DNA of 64,000 nucleotides, from positions 1-64,000 of the forward strand of contig JBFLGF010000065.1 in assembly GCA_050230475.1 (NCBI GenBank), read 5' to 3'. Shown piece by piece: positions 1 to 12,800 of this stretch (its first letter is position 1; each line of letters begins with the position of its first letter). Both the position numbers and the translations under genes were made by a program. The DNA is from Ancylonema sp. Lineage: Eukaryota. The notes under the pieces are model-generated. The model made no database searches, was not told the origin of the DNA, and saw only the letters and a program-made list of their open reading frames with translations.

Positions 1-1
1 C

Positions 2-1965
2 GTCACTCGTGACATTGCAGAACGCTTTCTGCACTTGACCTCGCAAATCGGCAGTCATCTTCAAAGTTTGCCACTCTTCGGCGAGTATGAGTATGTCGAT
101 AGCATCGAACTGCCCTCTCCATCCCTTCCATTCGCATCCATGTCTGCATCCCAACTGAGTGGACGTGCTCTACCGTTCGCTCGGGCGTCGCAAAGGTGAA
201 TCCCTCTTAGTGTCTCCAAATGAACATTCCACATTGTATGCAAAGCACTCGGAATATGATAAATAAAGATGAAGATGGCAACTCGCGTCTTTTTATGAAT
301 TGAATTTGAGCTCCATTTGGAGCACTGAAAAAAATGACGCCCCTTTTCATGTTAACTTTATGTAGGATTATTTATATATCAATATATAAATCTAGATGTT
401 AATTTGGATAATATTTGGATAGTCTAATAACATGATGTTATAATGTAATACAATGTACTTTACATAAGTGTAATATACATTGTTACTTACAAGCAATCAA
501 TGAGGCTTGCGTTGACTTTTCCATGACAGGCATGCTAGCTCGCAAGCTGCGAAGAAGGTGGAGTATCATTCTGTGAAAAAGGTGACCGGAGATGGTCGAT
601 GCATGTTTCGAGCCTTGGTAAGTCTTCAGAGTCGTGCAGGCTTGCAAGCGAAAGCGCGCGCGTGTTTGCTCGTCACGTTGTGCTCCTCGTATGGTTTGAT
701 TAATCCGATTCATATTTGTTTTGTCACATCAATTTTAACATCGACTTTCTTTCCGTCATTTATGCGTTTCAAATATTTGAATTTTGTTGTATATTTATCT
801 CCAGGTGCTTGGCATGGCGGCTAATAGTGGAGAACCCCTCTCATCTTACGAAGAAGAGGAGGAAGCAGGTGGGTTGCCCAAACATTTGACTCCATGCCTG
901 TATTGCGCAAACCACCATCCTTCTTTTAGTGAATGTTTTCTAGTGAAGAAACGACGTTTGAAGAAGCTGTCAACCTAGTAATGCTGAGAGGGAGGCACTT
1001 GGCATACAAAAACAATTCACGATTTCTTGTCTTCAGATGAGTTGCGCTTGGCTGTGGCGGATGTCCTTTGTCGGGGCGAGCAGCGGCGGGTGAAGTACGA
1101 GGAAGCGCTCATCGCTATCACTGTAGAGGAGTCTATGAAAAGGTTCAGCACCGCTCACCTTACACATGAGACTAGATACCAATGACAGTAGCGCCTCACT
1201 TGTTGACGTGTGCAGATATTGCCAGCGAATCACACGATCCGATTTCTGGGGAGGAGAGTCGGAACTTTTGGTACCCTTACTCTTCATCATAAACTTACTC
1301 CACTCACTCTTACTGAAAAAAAAATGAATTAAAAAAATCAACCATATGAGTGAGTGGAGAGAACGGTTTTTTTTTGTTTTGGGACATTCCTCGATGTATG
1401 GGACCGGATGCTTGTGTTTACATCGCAAAAGACCGGTTTTTATTCGCTTCCACAACAAGAAGATACTCTTAGATCGTAGTTTTCATATGCCTTGAATCCA
1501 TCGGCGTGGAATAAATTTTCCAACTTGTCGTGCGGAAGAGAGAGTGGTTCTGAATGGAGCGATGTACTTTGTAGCTTGTAGCTTGAGGTTTAAGGTTTGG
1601 TAATCAGTCCACAAGTCGACTCCCATGTCCCATGCGATGATTGAGATGATAGTGAGTGTGGCATTGTTTGTGCAGGTGCTCTCCCGCATGTGCGCACAAC
1701 CCATTGTGGTCTATGTACCAGAGGCAGTGGTGAGTAAGCACAAGTGACCGATATAATCTATACATTTTCATTGTTGTTGGCCTATGTGACAAAAATTGGG
1801 AGGGTTTGGTCGGTGCAGGCCAAGCAAGGAACTACACGGGGAAATGGATATGTCCCAATTCAAGAGTACGGGAGCGAGTTTGCAAAGAAGAGCAAAGAAC
1901 AAAAAGGAAGGAAACCTGTTAGGTTGTTGTTTAATGGAAGCAATCATTATGATCTCCTTCTATAG
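2..1965 (+). CDS. OTU3: OTU-domain deubiquitinase, plant OTU3-like (5' partial, 7 exons in window)
   Basis: Exons approx. 2-195, 530-617, 805-868, 1036-1142, 1216-1270, 1676-1729 and 1819-1965, all GT-AG. Spliced product has VTGDGRCMFRAL (catalytic Cys loop), DELRLAV, DFWGGESELLVLSRMCAQPIVVY and LLFNGSNHYDLLL* (His box). Ends in TAG. Confidence 0.88.
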
Positions 1966-4900
1966 CAAGTCGTATTTTGAAGAAACGACGGCAATGTTGT
2001 GGATGCTTGAGTGGCATACAAGCTCCGGATAAGCTTTGAGGATTGAGAAAGTACCTTATGAGTGTGAGATGTAAATCGGACGGTGTCAAAAATACTCGCC
2101 AAGGCAACAGTCAATAACCGAACATCTGTAAAATCAAGCATATTGTACAATTACCGCCTACAAAAGTCCCCTTGAATTTCTAGCCATGAAGTGTTTGTGT
2201 GGTGCGGTCTCCATTTATGATGATCTATGATGATCAACTTGAAGCCTAGATTGCATCATTGTTATGAAAATTCTCATAGTGCGCCCCATCGCATCTTGGA
2301 CATACGGTCACAAAAGAAAGGTCGATGAGACCACAATAGAAACGAACCGCGATTTTGCGAACAAAAATCGGTTGGAAGTCGATCCGGAGTCGGGTGTACT
2401 AAAACCGTAGTACGTTCGGTTGATTCCGATGATTCCGATTCCGACGAGAAGAGCTCGAAATTCCCTACATGATGTTATGTATGTAGGTAACTGTATGTAA
2501 CCGTATGTAGGTATGAGTATGTAGGTAAAAAATCGTTGGAGAAAACGTGAACAAGGCCGACAAAGATTGCTGAGAATGAGAGAACCTAATCATCTAGTTC
2601 TACCCAAATCTTTGCCGGTGCGGGATTTGAGTTTCGTGACAAGTTGGGACCGCACCTTGTTTGGTTCCGTTTTACTATGGGATTGAAATGGCTTTAAATG
2701 CTAGTAGTCTAAACTTTCAGAAGTAGAGGAACTACCACAGTGTTCGTTTGGACCCCATCCCGATATACCAACCTCAAGCATTGCAGTTTTAGCACGATAT
2801 CTTTATCTAGCACATTGGTTGTATTTTGTCATGAAGAGGGTTGTACGAGATATTGATGACTACAATATTTATTGAGGCTGCACACTTAGGGCTTTGTGAA
2901 ATGACCTTCATAATTGGTAGCACATAGGTCACTTGATCCTTAAGTTTTACCTCCTAGAATGAAGTCCATAGTTATAACCATAATCCCTAAGAAAAAGATT
3001 GAGCGAACGAAGCTTAATGCAAGCAGGACTCAAGTAAGTACAATGAGCCGGAACCAACATTGTGCGCAACCCCCAGCCGCTGGGTTCAAGCAAATTCCAA
3101 ACTGGGGTTGGTAATCCCCGGTTATGACCACATGAATTTCACCGATACAGAAACTCAGACCTCCGGAGTTGGCCAGCTCCCGACCCCGCCTAGTTTGGCA
3201 TTGCGCACGATGCTGGCCGGAATTGCCTTGAAATAAGTTGGTCCACTATCTTAGTTATTTCAGAATGACCAATCACCAGTGTCGGACAATATACGATTGT
3301 GGGCCTATATGGTGAATTGTCGTGGGCACGAGTGAATGTGCTTATATGGTGAATTGGTGCGGGCGCGTGTATTTGCGTTTATACAATAATTTGGTACATG
3401 TGCGGGGTTAAGCATTTATCGAGCAAGTTTAGTTTCGCGATAGAACGCTTTGTTTATTGTAGTAATGAAAAACGTCATGAGTGCTCCGCCACTTGCGGCA
3501 CTATGTTCGGAGGACACTCTCAACAGCATGTTATCGATCAGCCGTAGTTCCACACACGTTTCCTATCCAATTGACTCAATATAGTAACACCACGTTAGGA
3601 GCAGGTACCACGTTAGGGTAACGACCAGGTGCAAGGCGTTGCGTTGCTGATCTGAATGTACCCTTGGCAATATCTAGCGGAAGCCAGCGATACAGTTGTA
3701 CGGCAGGAGACTCTCTATGGCAGCCACGCGCTGTAGAAGTGATATAGGTGACGTCGCTACTAGAGTACTTGGTTGGAATGAAGTAGCAAGTCGGTCAGTG
3801 AGCCAGCTTAGTGCCACCGCTAAACAATCGGAGACGGATAGGCAGCTAGGAAACTACACGACTTGTAATCTTTGCACTCAGACCTCATTCGGTCTGAGTA
3901 CACTTCGGGAACCGCTGAAACCACATCGGAATTATTGTGTAATTTGTATTTGAGTTCGGCTGGCATTCTTGTATTTTGTGCATTCTTCGATCGATGAGAA
4001 TGTGCATTTGAGTGTAATACTTGCGTTCGGAATAGACATATAACAGTACAATATTTGCAACCGTTGACGCTTCAAACATCCTACGTTGAGGTGAGTGCAT
4101 TGCCTTGCAATAGGGTAGACTAGTGAATTACATTTGGTATGACTTATGGACTAGTGAGGTGTTAGCAATGGCCATGAATTATATCGCATGAGTATGGTGT
4201 GGATCTCGACTAGATCATAGAACACGTGTGAGCGTACCATTTTCGCACGTGTGTGGTGAATTTAACGAGTATGTTCGTTACAACGGTAGTATGGCATGTG
4301 AGAGTGTGGCACGATGCTAGATGGCACGATACCAACAAAAGGCCTCCATTTCCGTGCGTTCCTTGATTTGGCCATCATAGCACCACCAAGAATATGCAAT
4401 AGCAGCCACGCCATGGGAGGTGCGTGGGTGGGGTGTGACGTGGCTTCCATCGCGTATATGTCATCTCTCGTCACCAACTTGTTGAACGAGAGAAACACAT
4501 GTTTACAATAACCTAACGATGCCAACAAATGCCACCAAACCGAATAATTATACAAAAGGGAACCGTACCATAAAACTCTTTATCAACCAAACAACCAACG
4601 CACCAAATTACAAGAAGACCCCTCAATCGCCATGAGATCCCCAGCTGAGATAATCGCGCATGCGGGGAGCGTAGATAGCAAAGATGAAGTCGCCTCAACA
4701 TGAGCCGTACGCGCATGAATCGCTCGAGCCTGCGCACGCTGAAGTGTGACCGCAATACGCTGCTGGAACCAATCTGGATTCAACTCGCTTAACCTTTATT
4801 GACACAATCGGATCGATTCGGAGGAGGAACACACGTTTGATTTTTTTCGGATAACGGATAACGGTTCATGACAACAAGAAGACAACTGATAACAAGAAGA

Positions 4901-5532
4901 CAACTAACAACTTTTTGTTTCAGAAACACCAAACAAGAAGACAACTATTTGTTTCTGAAACACGAAAGTAACAAGTAACAAGTAACAACTAACAACTAAC
5001 AACTAACAACGTGGTCCCTGGTTCCTTGTTCCTGGTCCCTTGTGAAACAAAACCTGGTCCCTTTGTGTTTCTGAAACAAAACCCGGTCTCTTTTTTTTTG
5101 TGAAACAAACCCCTGTTAGTTGTAAGTTTCCTGTTTCTGTAAACAAATAGTTGTTAGTTGTTAGTTCTTTTCTTTTTTTTTCTTTGTTTTTCGGCTTTTT
5201 TTAAAGCCAAACATTTAACATTTTGTAAGCTACTGTCAGTTTATGGTCAGCCCCAATAGAATCTTTAGATAAATCTGACACCGGAGGTATTAAATGCGAA
5301 GTTGTTGAGGTCGGAAAATTAGGGTTTAAAACCGATTCTGTTCGTTGAGAAAACAGAAGTGTGCTTTAAGCCTGAAGCCACATTTTCGGAAGCCATTGGA
5401 GTCAAAAAGCTTTGTTGGCTTTGGCTTAGCATTTTTTTTTCAAGACTGCCCATTTTGAATTGTTAAATATCTACTTTTTCGTCTAACAATGTTGTTGATT
5501 GCTTTTGTAACTCTCGATATTAGTAACGCTAA

Positions 5533-6054
5533 GAGCATTGCTTATGCCATACCCAAGACGACACCGAAGACGACAGGTTAACCTGTCGTTTTGGGGGAAT
5601 TATTTCGGCGGAACCCGGCGATAATCGGAGAACATATTGAGTGCTTACCGAAGAAAAGTGGCATTGCTTATGCCATACCATGCCAATACCCAAGACGACA
5701 CCGAAGTCGTGTCGGTCATGTTTTCCCGGGATTTGACTTTACCTCTCAGTGGCACCGTGCCTTTCAGCACTGGTGCCGAAAGCCCCTGGCGGTGCGAAAA
5801 ACCTCGTTGTACCTGTCATATAATCACACGTGATTGGATAGCGAGAATGGGCATGTCGTCTTCGGTGTCGTCTTGGGTAAAGAAAATTTACCCAAGTTTT
5901 TGGGGCGAAACTATTTACCGAAGACGACATAAACGGCGCAAATTCTTCGGTGTCGTCTTGGGTATGGCATAAGCAATGCATTTGTACTTCCTTTCGAAAC
6001 AAAACCGGGCGCAACTTCTTCGGTGTCGTCTTGGATATGGCATGAGCAATGCTC
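5533..6054. mobile_element. PIF/Harbinger (Tourist-like) MITE, 522 bp
   Basis: Terminal inverted repeats of about 38 bp (GAGCATTGCTTATGCCATACCCAAGACGACACCGAAGA and its reverse complement with 2 mismatches). TAA target-site duplication at 5530-5532 and 6055-6057. No transposase. Confidence 0.85.
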
Positions 6055-6655
6055 TAAGTCTATTTCACTTAGCTCTCCTCTTTGTAGCAAGTTATATAGT
6101 CGTACAAATCTAACGGATAACGGATGACGGACAACGGGTAACGGATAACGGATCGGTGCTGGTGTCCCGTACACTATTCCGGCACTGAATTTTGTCTTGA
6201 AGTAGCACCACAGGAAAAAACGTTACTTTATCGTGGCGGCATCGGGATGATCCGGATCTGGAATCCCGATCGACGCATGCAAGTGCAAGTTAGAGCCGCG
6301 GAGTGTCGGTGGCCCTTTCTGTTCACCATCCGGTCGGGCACGTTCAGAGCCCCACGTCGTCGTACGAAGCCGACTTCTCGTCGTGGATGATCGGTCCACG
6401 ATTCGCCTTCACTCATGCGACATTGCCGTCATTTGTGGTGAGTGAGAAGTTTCAGTGTCAGCAGCTTAGATATTATTGATAGTTGCAGGACTGCAGCAGA
6501 ATTACAGTAGTTGTTCAGAGAGTCTACGTATGGCTGACCAGATGTTCTTGAAGATCTCAGTCCGACGCATCGATCTGATGCATCACAGTCACTCTTACCA
6601 CTCTACTTAAAACTTCTGCATTACTTCTTCCGTGACCAAGAAATCAAAGGCGGAC

Positions 6656-8556
6656 ATGGTATCTTCGATGTCCGAAGCATCACTGAACCCTCTCGACAAG
6701 TGCATCCAGCTAACTCCCGTACCCACCCATTTTTCTCGATCTCCTTCAATTCCGCTGTCGATCCTTGAAGGCTCTTCACCGACCACGTTGACACGCTCCA
6801 CGTCTATTATCAGCAAATCCAATGTTTTCGTCCCGGCTCATTCCTCCCAATCCGGTTTGTTTACACCTGGCGGGAACGCCGTAGAAGATTTTAACTTTCT
6901 CAACTCGCCTTCACTCGAATGGCTTCTGGCGCAAGCTCAAATGGGAGAGCTACCAGCATGCTGGGAAATGCCTGTCTATGAACGATCCATTCCGGGCGAA
7001 TCAAGCGACTTGTTGTCAGAGCTCGCAGTCGCCTCTCCCCAATTGAACTTACTTCCACCACCCTCAAACCTACCAGCAGCATTCTCGGCGATCCTGACCC
7101 CTTCAGTAGCTGACACGTGGCCAATTGATGATTGGTCCATGCTGCTGCCAAATTGCGATTCGTTGTCTGAGATCTTTCCAGTAGAAAGAGAAGGCATTGA
7201 ACACAACGCCGTTCCTGTAGCACATCAACGTGGCTCCTTCACACAAGGCATCGACTCCGCCGCCTTGAAGAGGAAATCTCCGGATGGAGGGGTTAGCTGT
7301 TCTACGATACCAAGTCTTCCTGCCTCATGGCGAAATGAGTGCCCTCCAGTTTTGCCCCTTTCCTACACTGCGCGAAACAGCCTGTCTGCTTTTCCAGATA
7401 GGACCGTCCCTTTCCCTGGGCTGCCAAGGTATCCACTACCTGGTCCACCTGGCACGCGTGGATTGGAGGGTTACTGGAAGCAAGACTTTCGTCGGCAGAT
7501 GGCTGAGCACAGCAGCTGCGTGACTCAGACCATGACTGAGTTCCAGGAGATTTTAACAAATCCAGTGAAAGATGCCACGTCAGCAACATCTGGTGACAGT
7601 GAATTCGAGGCACTCCGCCGTCTGTTCGCGAAAACGGAAGCTTCCCCCTTGCCTAGAATGAATGTGAGAAGTGAGAGTCTGGAGCAAGCTTGGCAGGAGG
7701 GTCTGATGGCGATCCAGCACGTACTTCGACAGCCAGTCTCCTTGGAGGTACTGCTTTCTGGTCCCTCCCCTTTCTCAATTTCATCTTCATATTTACATTC
7801 AAGTAATATTTTTTCCTTCTCTCTTCTCCTTTCAGCTAAAGTCTCGAGGTATGCAGTAGCATCTCGTACATCTTCTTCGTCTTTATTTCGAAAATATTTC
7901 AAAAGCTGCACCCCCCCCCAAAAAAAAAAAATCCCGATTAAAATTGCTCTTCTCCTCGTGTTGTACGCCCTATTCTGTAGAATTGAGTTCAGGCGCACAC
8001 TCAGCCCGTTTAGCATCTCCTTCCCTCTGCAGCTCACAACTTCATGCCTAGGAACCATACCTATATACTTCTAATCTGTGTGTCCGATACCTCATTTGTT
8101 ATCGGTATGCAGCAAAGCATGATGAACAACAGTCACTTTTGCAGGGCTCACATATGATTTGAATCATCTCATTTGAGATGCCTTGCCGCATCTGGTCCAC
8201 CGAAAATCTGGATTGACTCACTGAATGCAGCCATCACATATTTTTGCTCAAATTTACAAATTACGGCTACCATGGCACTCACTTCATATGTGTATCTTGC
8301 CCCTCCGGTGCTCCATCCATCTTTATGTGCATCCAGCATTTACACAACACATGTGTGTCCTCCACCATCATTACCTCCCTTCTTTGCGCTTTGAATTCCT
8401 TACAACCTAGACCACTCCTCAATGTCCACCCCTAAATCCTCTCTTTTGATAACTTCGCAGATGGATCTTGCCCTTCTCTCCAAACGGTGGTTGGGAACCC
8501 CTGTCTCCACATGTTACTCTATGGAAATGATCGGAAAGAGACTGAAGCTGCACTAG
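6656..8556 (+). CDS. Uncharacterised Ser/Pro-rich protein, probably 2 exons
   Basis: Long open frame from ATG 6656 to a GAG|GTA donor at 7747/7748, after which the sequence turns T-rich and intron-like. Candidate last exon 8461-8556 follows ttcgcag (MDLALLSKRWLG...KRLKLH*). No recognisable domain. Confidence 0.5.
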
Positions 8557-9874
8557 CTGGATGTGTCGTCACTGCTCCTTCTATTCATTTTCAAGCAATG
8601 GCGCCAAGATGATGTACACATAGCTGCATGCATTATGCGCGGGTGGCTCATCAACTACCGTTCGGAGATATGGCAACGCTATCAACTTGACATTGAAGTG
8701 TGTGCGCCAATGAGCATTTGCTTTCATATAATTAGAGAAACATCATGTTTCGGTGAAAGGTCACGAACCGTTTTTGTAGGCTAATGTAAATTACCGCAGA
8801 TTGTAAACTCAATAAAAAACAAATTGCGAAAATGACACGGGGTGTTGCATTTGTGTGTGGATTGTAAATAAGAAGGTAGGGTATTTATTCTGAAGTCGGC
8901 GTGCGTTATTTATATAGCTAGGTCAGAGGTGTCCAAGACTAAACATTATATTGACTCGATGATCAATTTGTGTGGATTGTGCCAAGTTTGGGTGGACAAT
9001 GTTGCGAATTTGGTGTGTCTATCATACGCTGTGGGCAATGGTATGAATAGCGAAGCGAGTTCCGTGTCAAATTCATACTTGGTAAAGTATGAAGAACAAC
9101 ATCATATTTTCTGGAGCTTCAATTCATTTCAAGGCTCTCTTGCAATGAGCAATAAATTAATTGGCCCGAGATCTGTCACGCCAAAGTTCCACCTAGTAGC
9201 CTCTTTCACCCCGTCGAATACAACATGTTGGGTCCAGACATGATGTGATCATCTACAAGAAACCCATGATGACATGATTTTTATTCCCCTCGTAATGGAA
9301 GCGTGGTGGGCTCAGGAGTTTTCAGTACCAAGATCGCATACACCCGCAATGTGAGCTCAATTGCACGTTGATCGAAATCGACTCACAAGTGATCACACAA
9401 CACTTACAACGCATTAATACGACATACTATGATGTGTCACTACAGGCACGCTGCCGAAATATCGATTCCTTGAACACTTGTGTGTGTTCAAAATATACCG
9501 CGCGCGCTGAAGGCAACGTAACTCGATAATCGATCGGGGCTGAGCTTGCCCTTCGGATGCATCGGGCTGGACAGGGCCGACCCAGCTGGTGTCTCGGTGC
9601 AAGAATCTTTTCCTGTGTTCGAAGCTACCGAGCACCCTAAATTCGGGATTTGGGAGCGCGCGTTCGGCCCCGGTCAAATATTTTTGAATTGGCTCCACGG
9701 CCACTTTTTATGATTTTGTCTCTGCGAACAACACCGGTCATTCTGCCTTGAACTCCCCGTGAGTACCCTCTACACTGAGGTTGTATCACTCTGTAAAGTC
9801 TCAAAGCATAAAGTATAAGAGGCGTCAACGTCGTATTCGCACTGTCGCTACAAGGGATGTAAGCGGAGGCTTCC

Positions 9875-12800
9875 ATGGGGTGCTGTGCTGGACACAAACC
9901 ATTTATAATGGCGGCAACAGATGACGCTTCCCCTCCAGCGATTACTTATGATTCTTCTGAAACCTCCTATGTTACCAATGTTCAAAAGCAAGAATTTCGA
10001 AATGACGGGATTCCAGAGCAGGAAAAAGAGCCCCAAACTGGTACTGTTATTAGTGTAGAAGACAATGCTGAAATCCGATCGCTTGTCATACGTCAGGAGG
10101 AGCAAGAGATAATAATTGCTGGATTAGCAGAAAGTGAAATTGAAGGGGAAGGAATAATTTCCCGACACAATCTTGAGTCACTTGAAGAAAAACATGCCTC
10201 TCGGACGCACCTGCATGGACCTGCAGTCAGAGTGCCGGAGGAAGCATCTCTAAGGTCTGGTCCCCAGAGGGAATATGTTCCGGAGTCGATTGTGTCGGAG
10301 CCTGCCCACGCTGGTCAAGGTTATCCGGTGGCACCTCCTTCTCCAATTCGTTGGTTTCCACGGGCGAAGAAGGAGTCCTTCCTGGAGAGAAAAATCAGAC
10401 TCCTTCAAGTAAGCTCTTGTCCGAGCACCTTGATACTTGATTTGATAGGTATCTGATCTTGTGTTGGGTGTGATTCAGGCCGCATGTAGTGATGCATAAC
10501 TGGTAATGACCATGACCTCTCCTGCAGGAGAGGGACGGTGGAGATCAGCGCTCGTTGGATGAAACTTTGGATACAGCACCCACCAAACTCAGCTTAGTGG
10601 AAAGGGAACAGCAAGCAGCAACAATTGCCGCGATTGCAGCATCAGCAACTAGACATTCCGCCCTTGTAGAAGCTTCCTGGTGTAGGATCCTGGATGCTGC
10701 AAAGTGCGTGCACATATATTCTCACTTACCCCTAGGTCACAGAAATCGCATGAAAGAATAAGCTTATCTGCAAGTTGACTTTTTGCTTCAAGGCAGATAG
10801 GTCTGCTGATTCTTTCTCTGCATGCTTGTTTTGCTTCGAATGCCTACTCACCTGGTCTGTTGGACCTCTTTGCGACAGCATCCCATCACCTTCGTCGATG
10901 GAGGCTGCTAAACTGGCTGAAACAAGAGCTGAGGATGCACTCATGGTAGCAACTAAACTCGGAGTAGTTCTCAATGACCAAGGCGATACTCCAGAAGACA
11001 CTCGGCAGGGCTTGCCAGGAGGTATAACACGCAAGGATGCTATCTTGACATCAGTCAAGAACATACAGGAAGTGGAGAAGGAGGTGGTGATGGCAGTGAC
11101 GCAAGCACTCCGAGCGATTACGGAAGAAAGAGAGAAAGCATGTGTAAAGGCAAATCTGCCTGACCCAGAGCTCATCGAGGCAGCTCCATCAAGTGTGCCA
11201 ACTCAATGCCATGGCTTCTCCAGAGTGAGTGACAAAGATGTCTCAAAGATTGAGAACACCACCAGCTCTGTTGATGGCTTGCCGGAAACGACTTCATCAG
11301 GAGAAGGAGATAGAAGGGTACTCAATTCTACGCATGATCTTGAAGTAAGTGGACCGATGCAGCTGTCACAGAAAAAATTGGAGGGTGGATGTCAGCAAAG
11401 TGACTTGCAGCCAGGAGAACCACATGGTAGTTCCTCTGTGCAGTTGGAGTCTCTGGTGGATTATTCTGCCAGGGCAGAAGCAGGTGATGGTGATAATTCC
11501 AGCGGTGAACAACCGGGCATGAGCTCAGCAGTGGGGAAGACGAGGCGACCTGCATGGCAGGATGTTGCAACTCAGGCGACCGCTCTTGATGATGCAAGCC
11601 CGTTGGCAGAAGCAAATGCAGCTGATCATTGCCGTGAAGGATTGGAGTCCACAGGATGCTCGGTCAGAGAAGTAGAAAGTTTGGGACAAAAGCCAGTCGA
11701 CCGTTGCGGTAACAGCGAGAACCTGAGCATGATAGAAATCAGGAAAGACATGCCTTTAGAAGAAGTCATGCTTAGCCGGGTCAGATCATTGGCAGAGGAA
11801 CAACAGACGTCCCTGGCAGCGATTGTTGCGACAAAGGGCCTCGTAAATGAACTTCTGGAAGAACTGAAAGACGTAAGGAAAACAGGTGTCAGGAGGTCCA
11901 GTGGAGGAGGCCTGGGTGACATGGTGAAGCATGTATCTCGACTTCAAAGAGAAAAGGCATTAGCCGAAGCTGCTGCCAGGGATGGGGAAACAAAAAAGAA
12001 AACTGTGGCAGTGAAGGTGAATAAAGATGGAGATTTGGGAAGTGTGCTTAAAAAACATGTTTCTAGATTCGAGAGAGATGTTTTGGCGGCTAGGGACCGA
12101 GCCAAGGTCAGTCCAGAGCCTAAGAGAGTTTCAAAGCAAGTCCAGGCTAAGGTAATGCCAGGTGAAGGACTGGGTGAGGTGCTTGTGAAGCACACCAGCC
12201 GACTTCAGAGAGAAAAAGAACAGGCTTTGATTTCAGATGCTTCAGGAGGAAAGAAAACGAGCATGGGAAAAGGGGTCAGAAATCTGAAGAGCACTGAAGA
12301 CGATGTTCAGGGTAGTCTTGGGGCCGACTTCAAAAAGGGACTGTCTCGTTTGGAAAGGGAGAAGATGGCAGCCAAGGCCAACGATGGGGACCTTACCCCA
12401 GGTTTGGTGAAAGCAAGTGCAGGGAGCCCTCATGCTGAGATAGCTGGTCTAGGGGAGTCCATGATCAAGCACAAGAGCGCTTTGCAGAGGGAGATAGAGG
12501 CATCAAGATCTGAAACAGCCCAGCTTCCGGATATTGAGACTACAGATCCCAAGCCAGACGAAAGACTGGTTGCAGCACGGTCGTCTGAGGGAGGGCTTGA
12601 CAGTTTTGTGAAACGCAAGTCCAAGCTTCAGATGGATATTGAAAAGGCCCGATCAGAGGGAGAGGCGGATACTCGTAACGGTAATGATCCCTCGGGCGAG
12701 AACAAATCTGCAGAAGCGTCGCAACAGATTTCAGGGGCAGAGGCGAACAACGCTGAGGTCCCCATGAGGAGTGTGGGCAGGGCAGCAGCAGGAGGGACGG

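Noticed and set aside
7748..8074. Hydrophobic C-terminal third of the 480-aa ORF as a transmembrane region
   Set aside because: It follows a GAG|GTA donor and is T-rich with C/A homopolymers, so it is most likely intron read-through.
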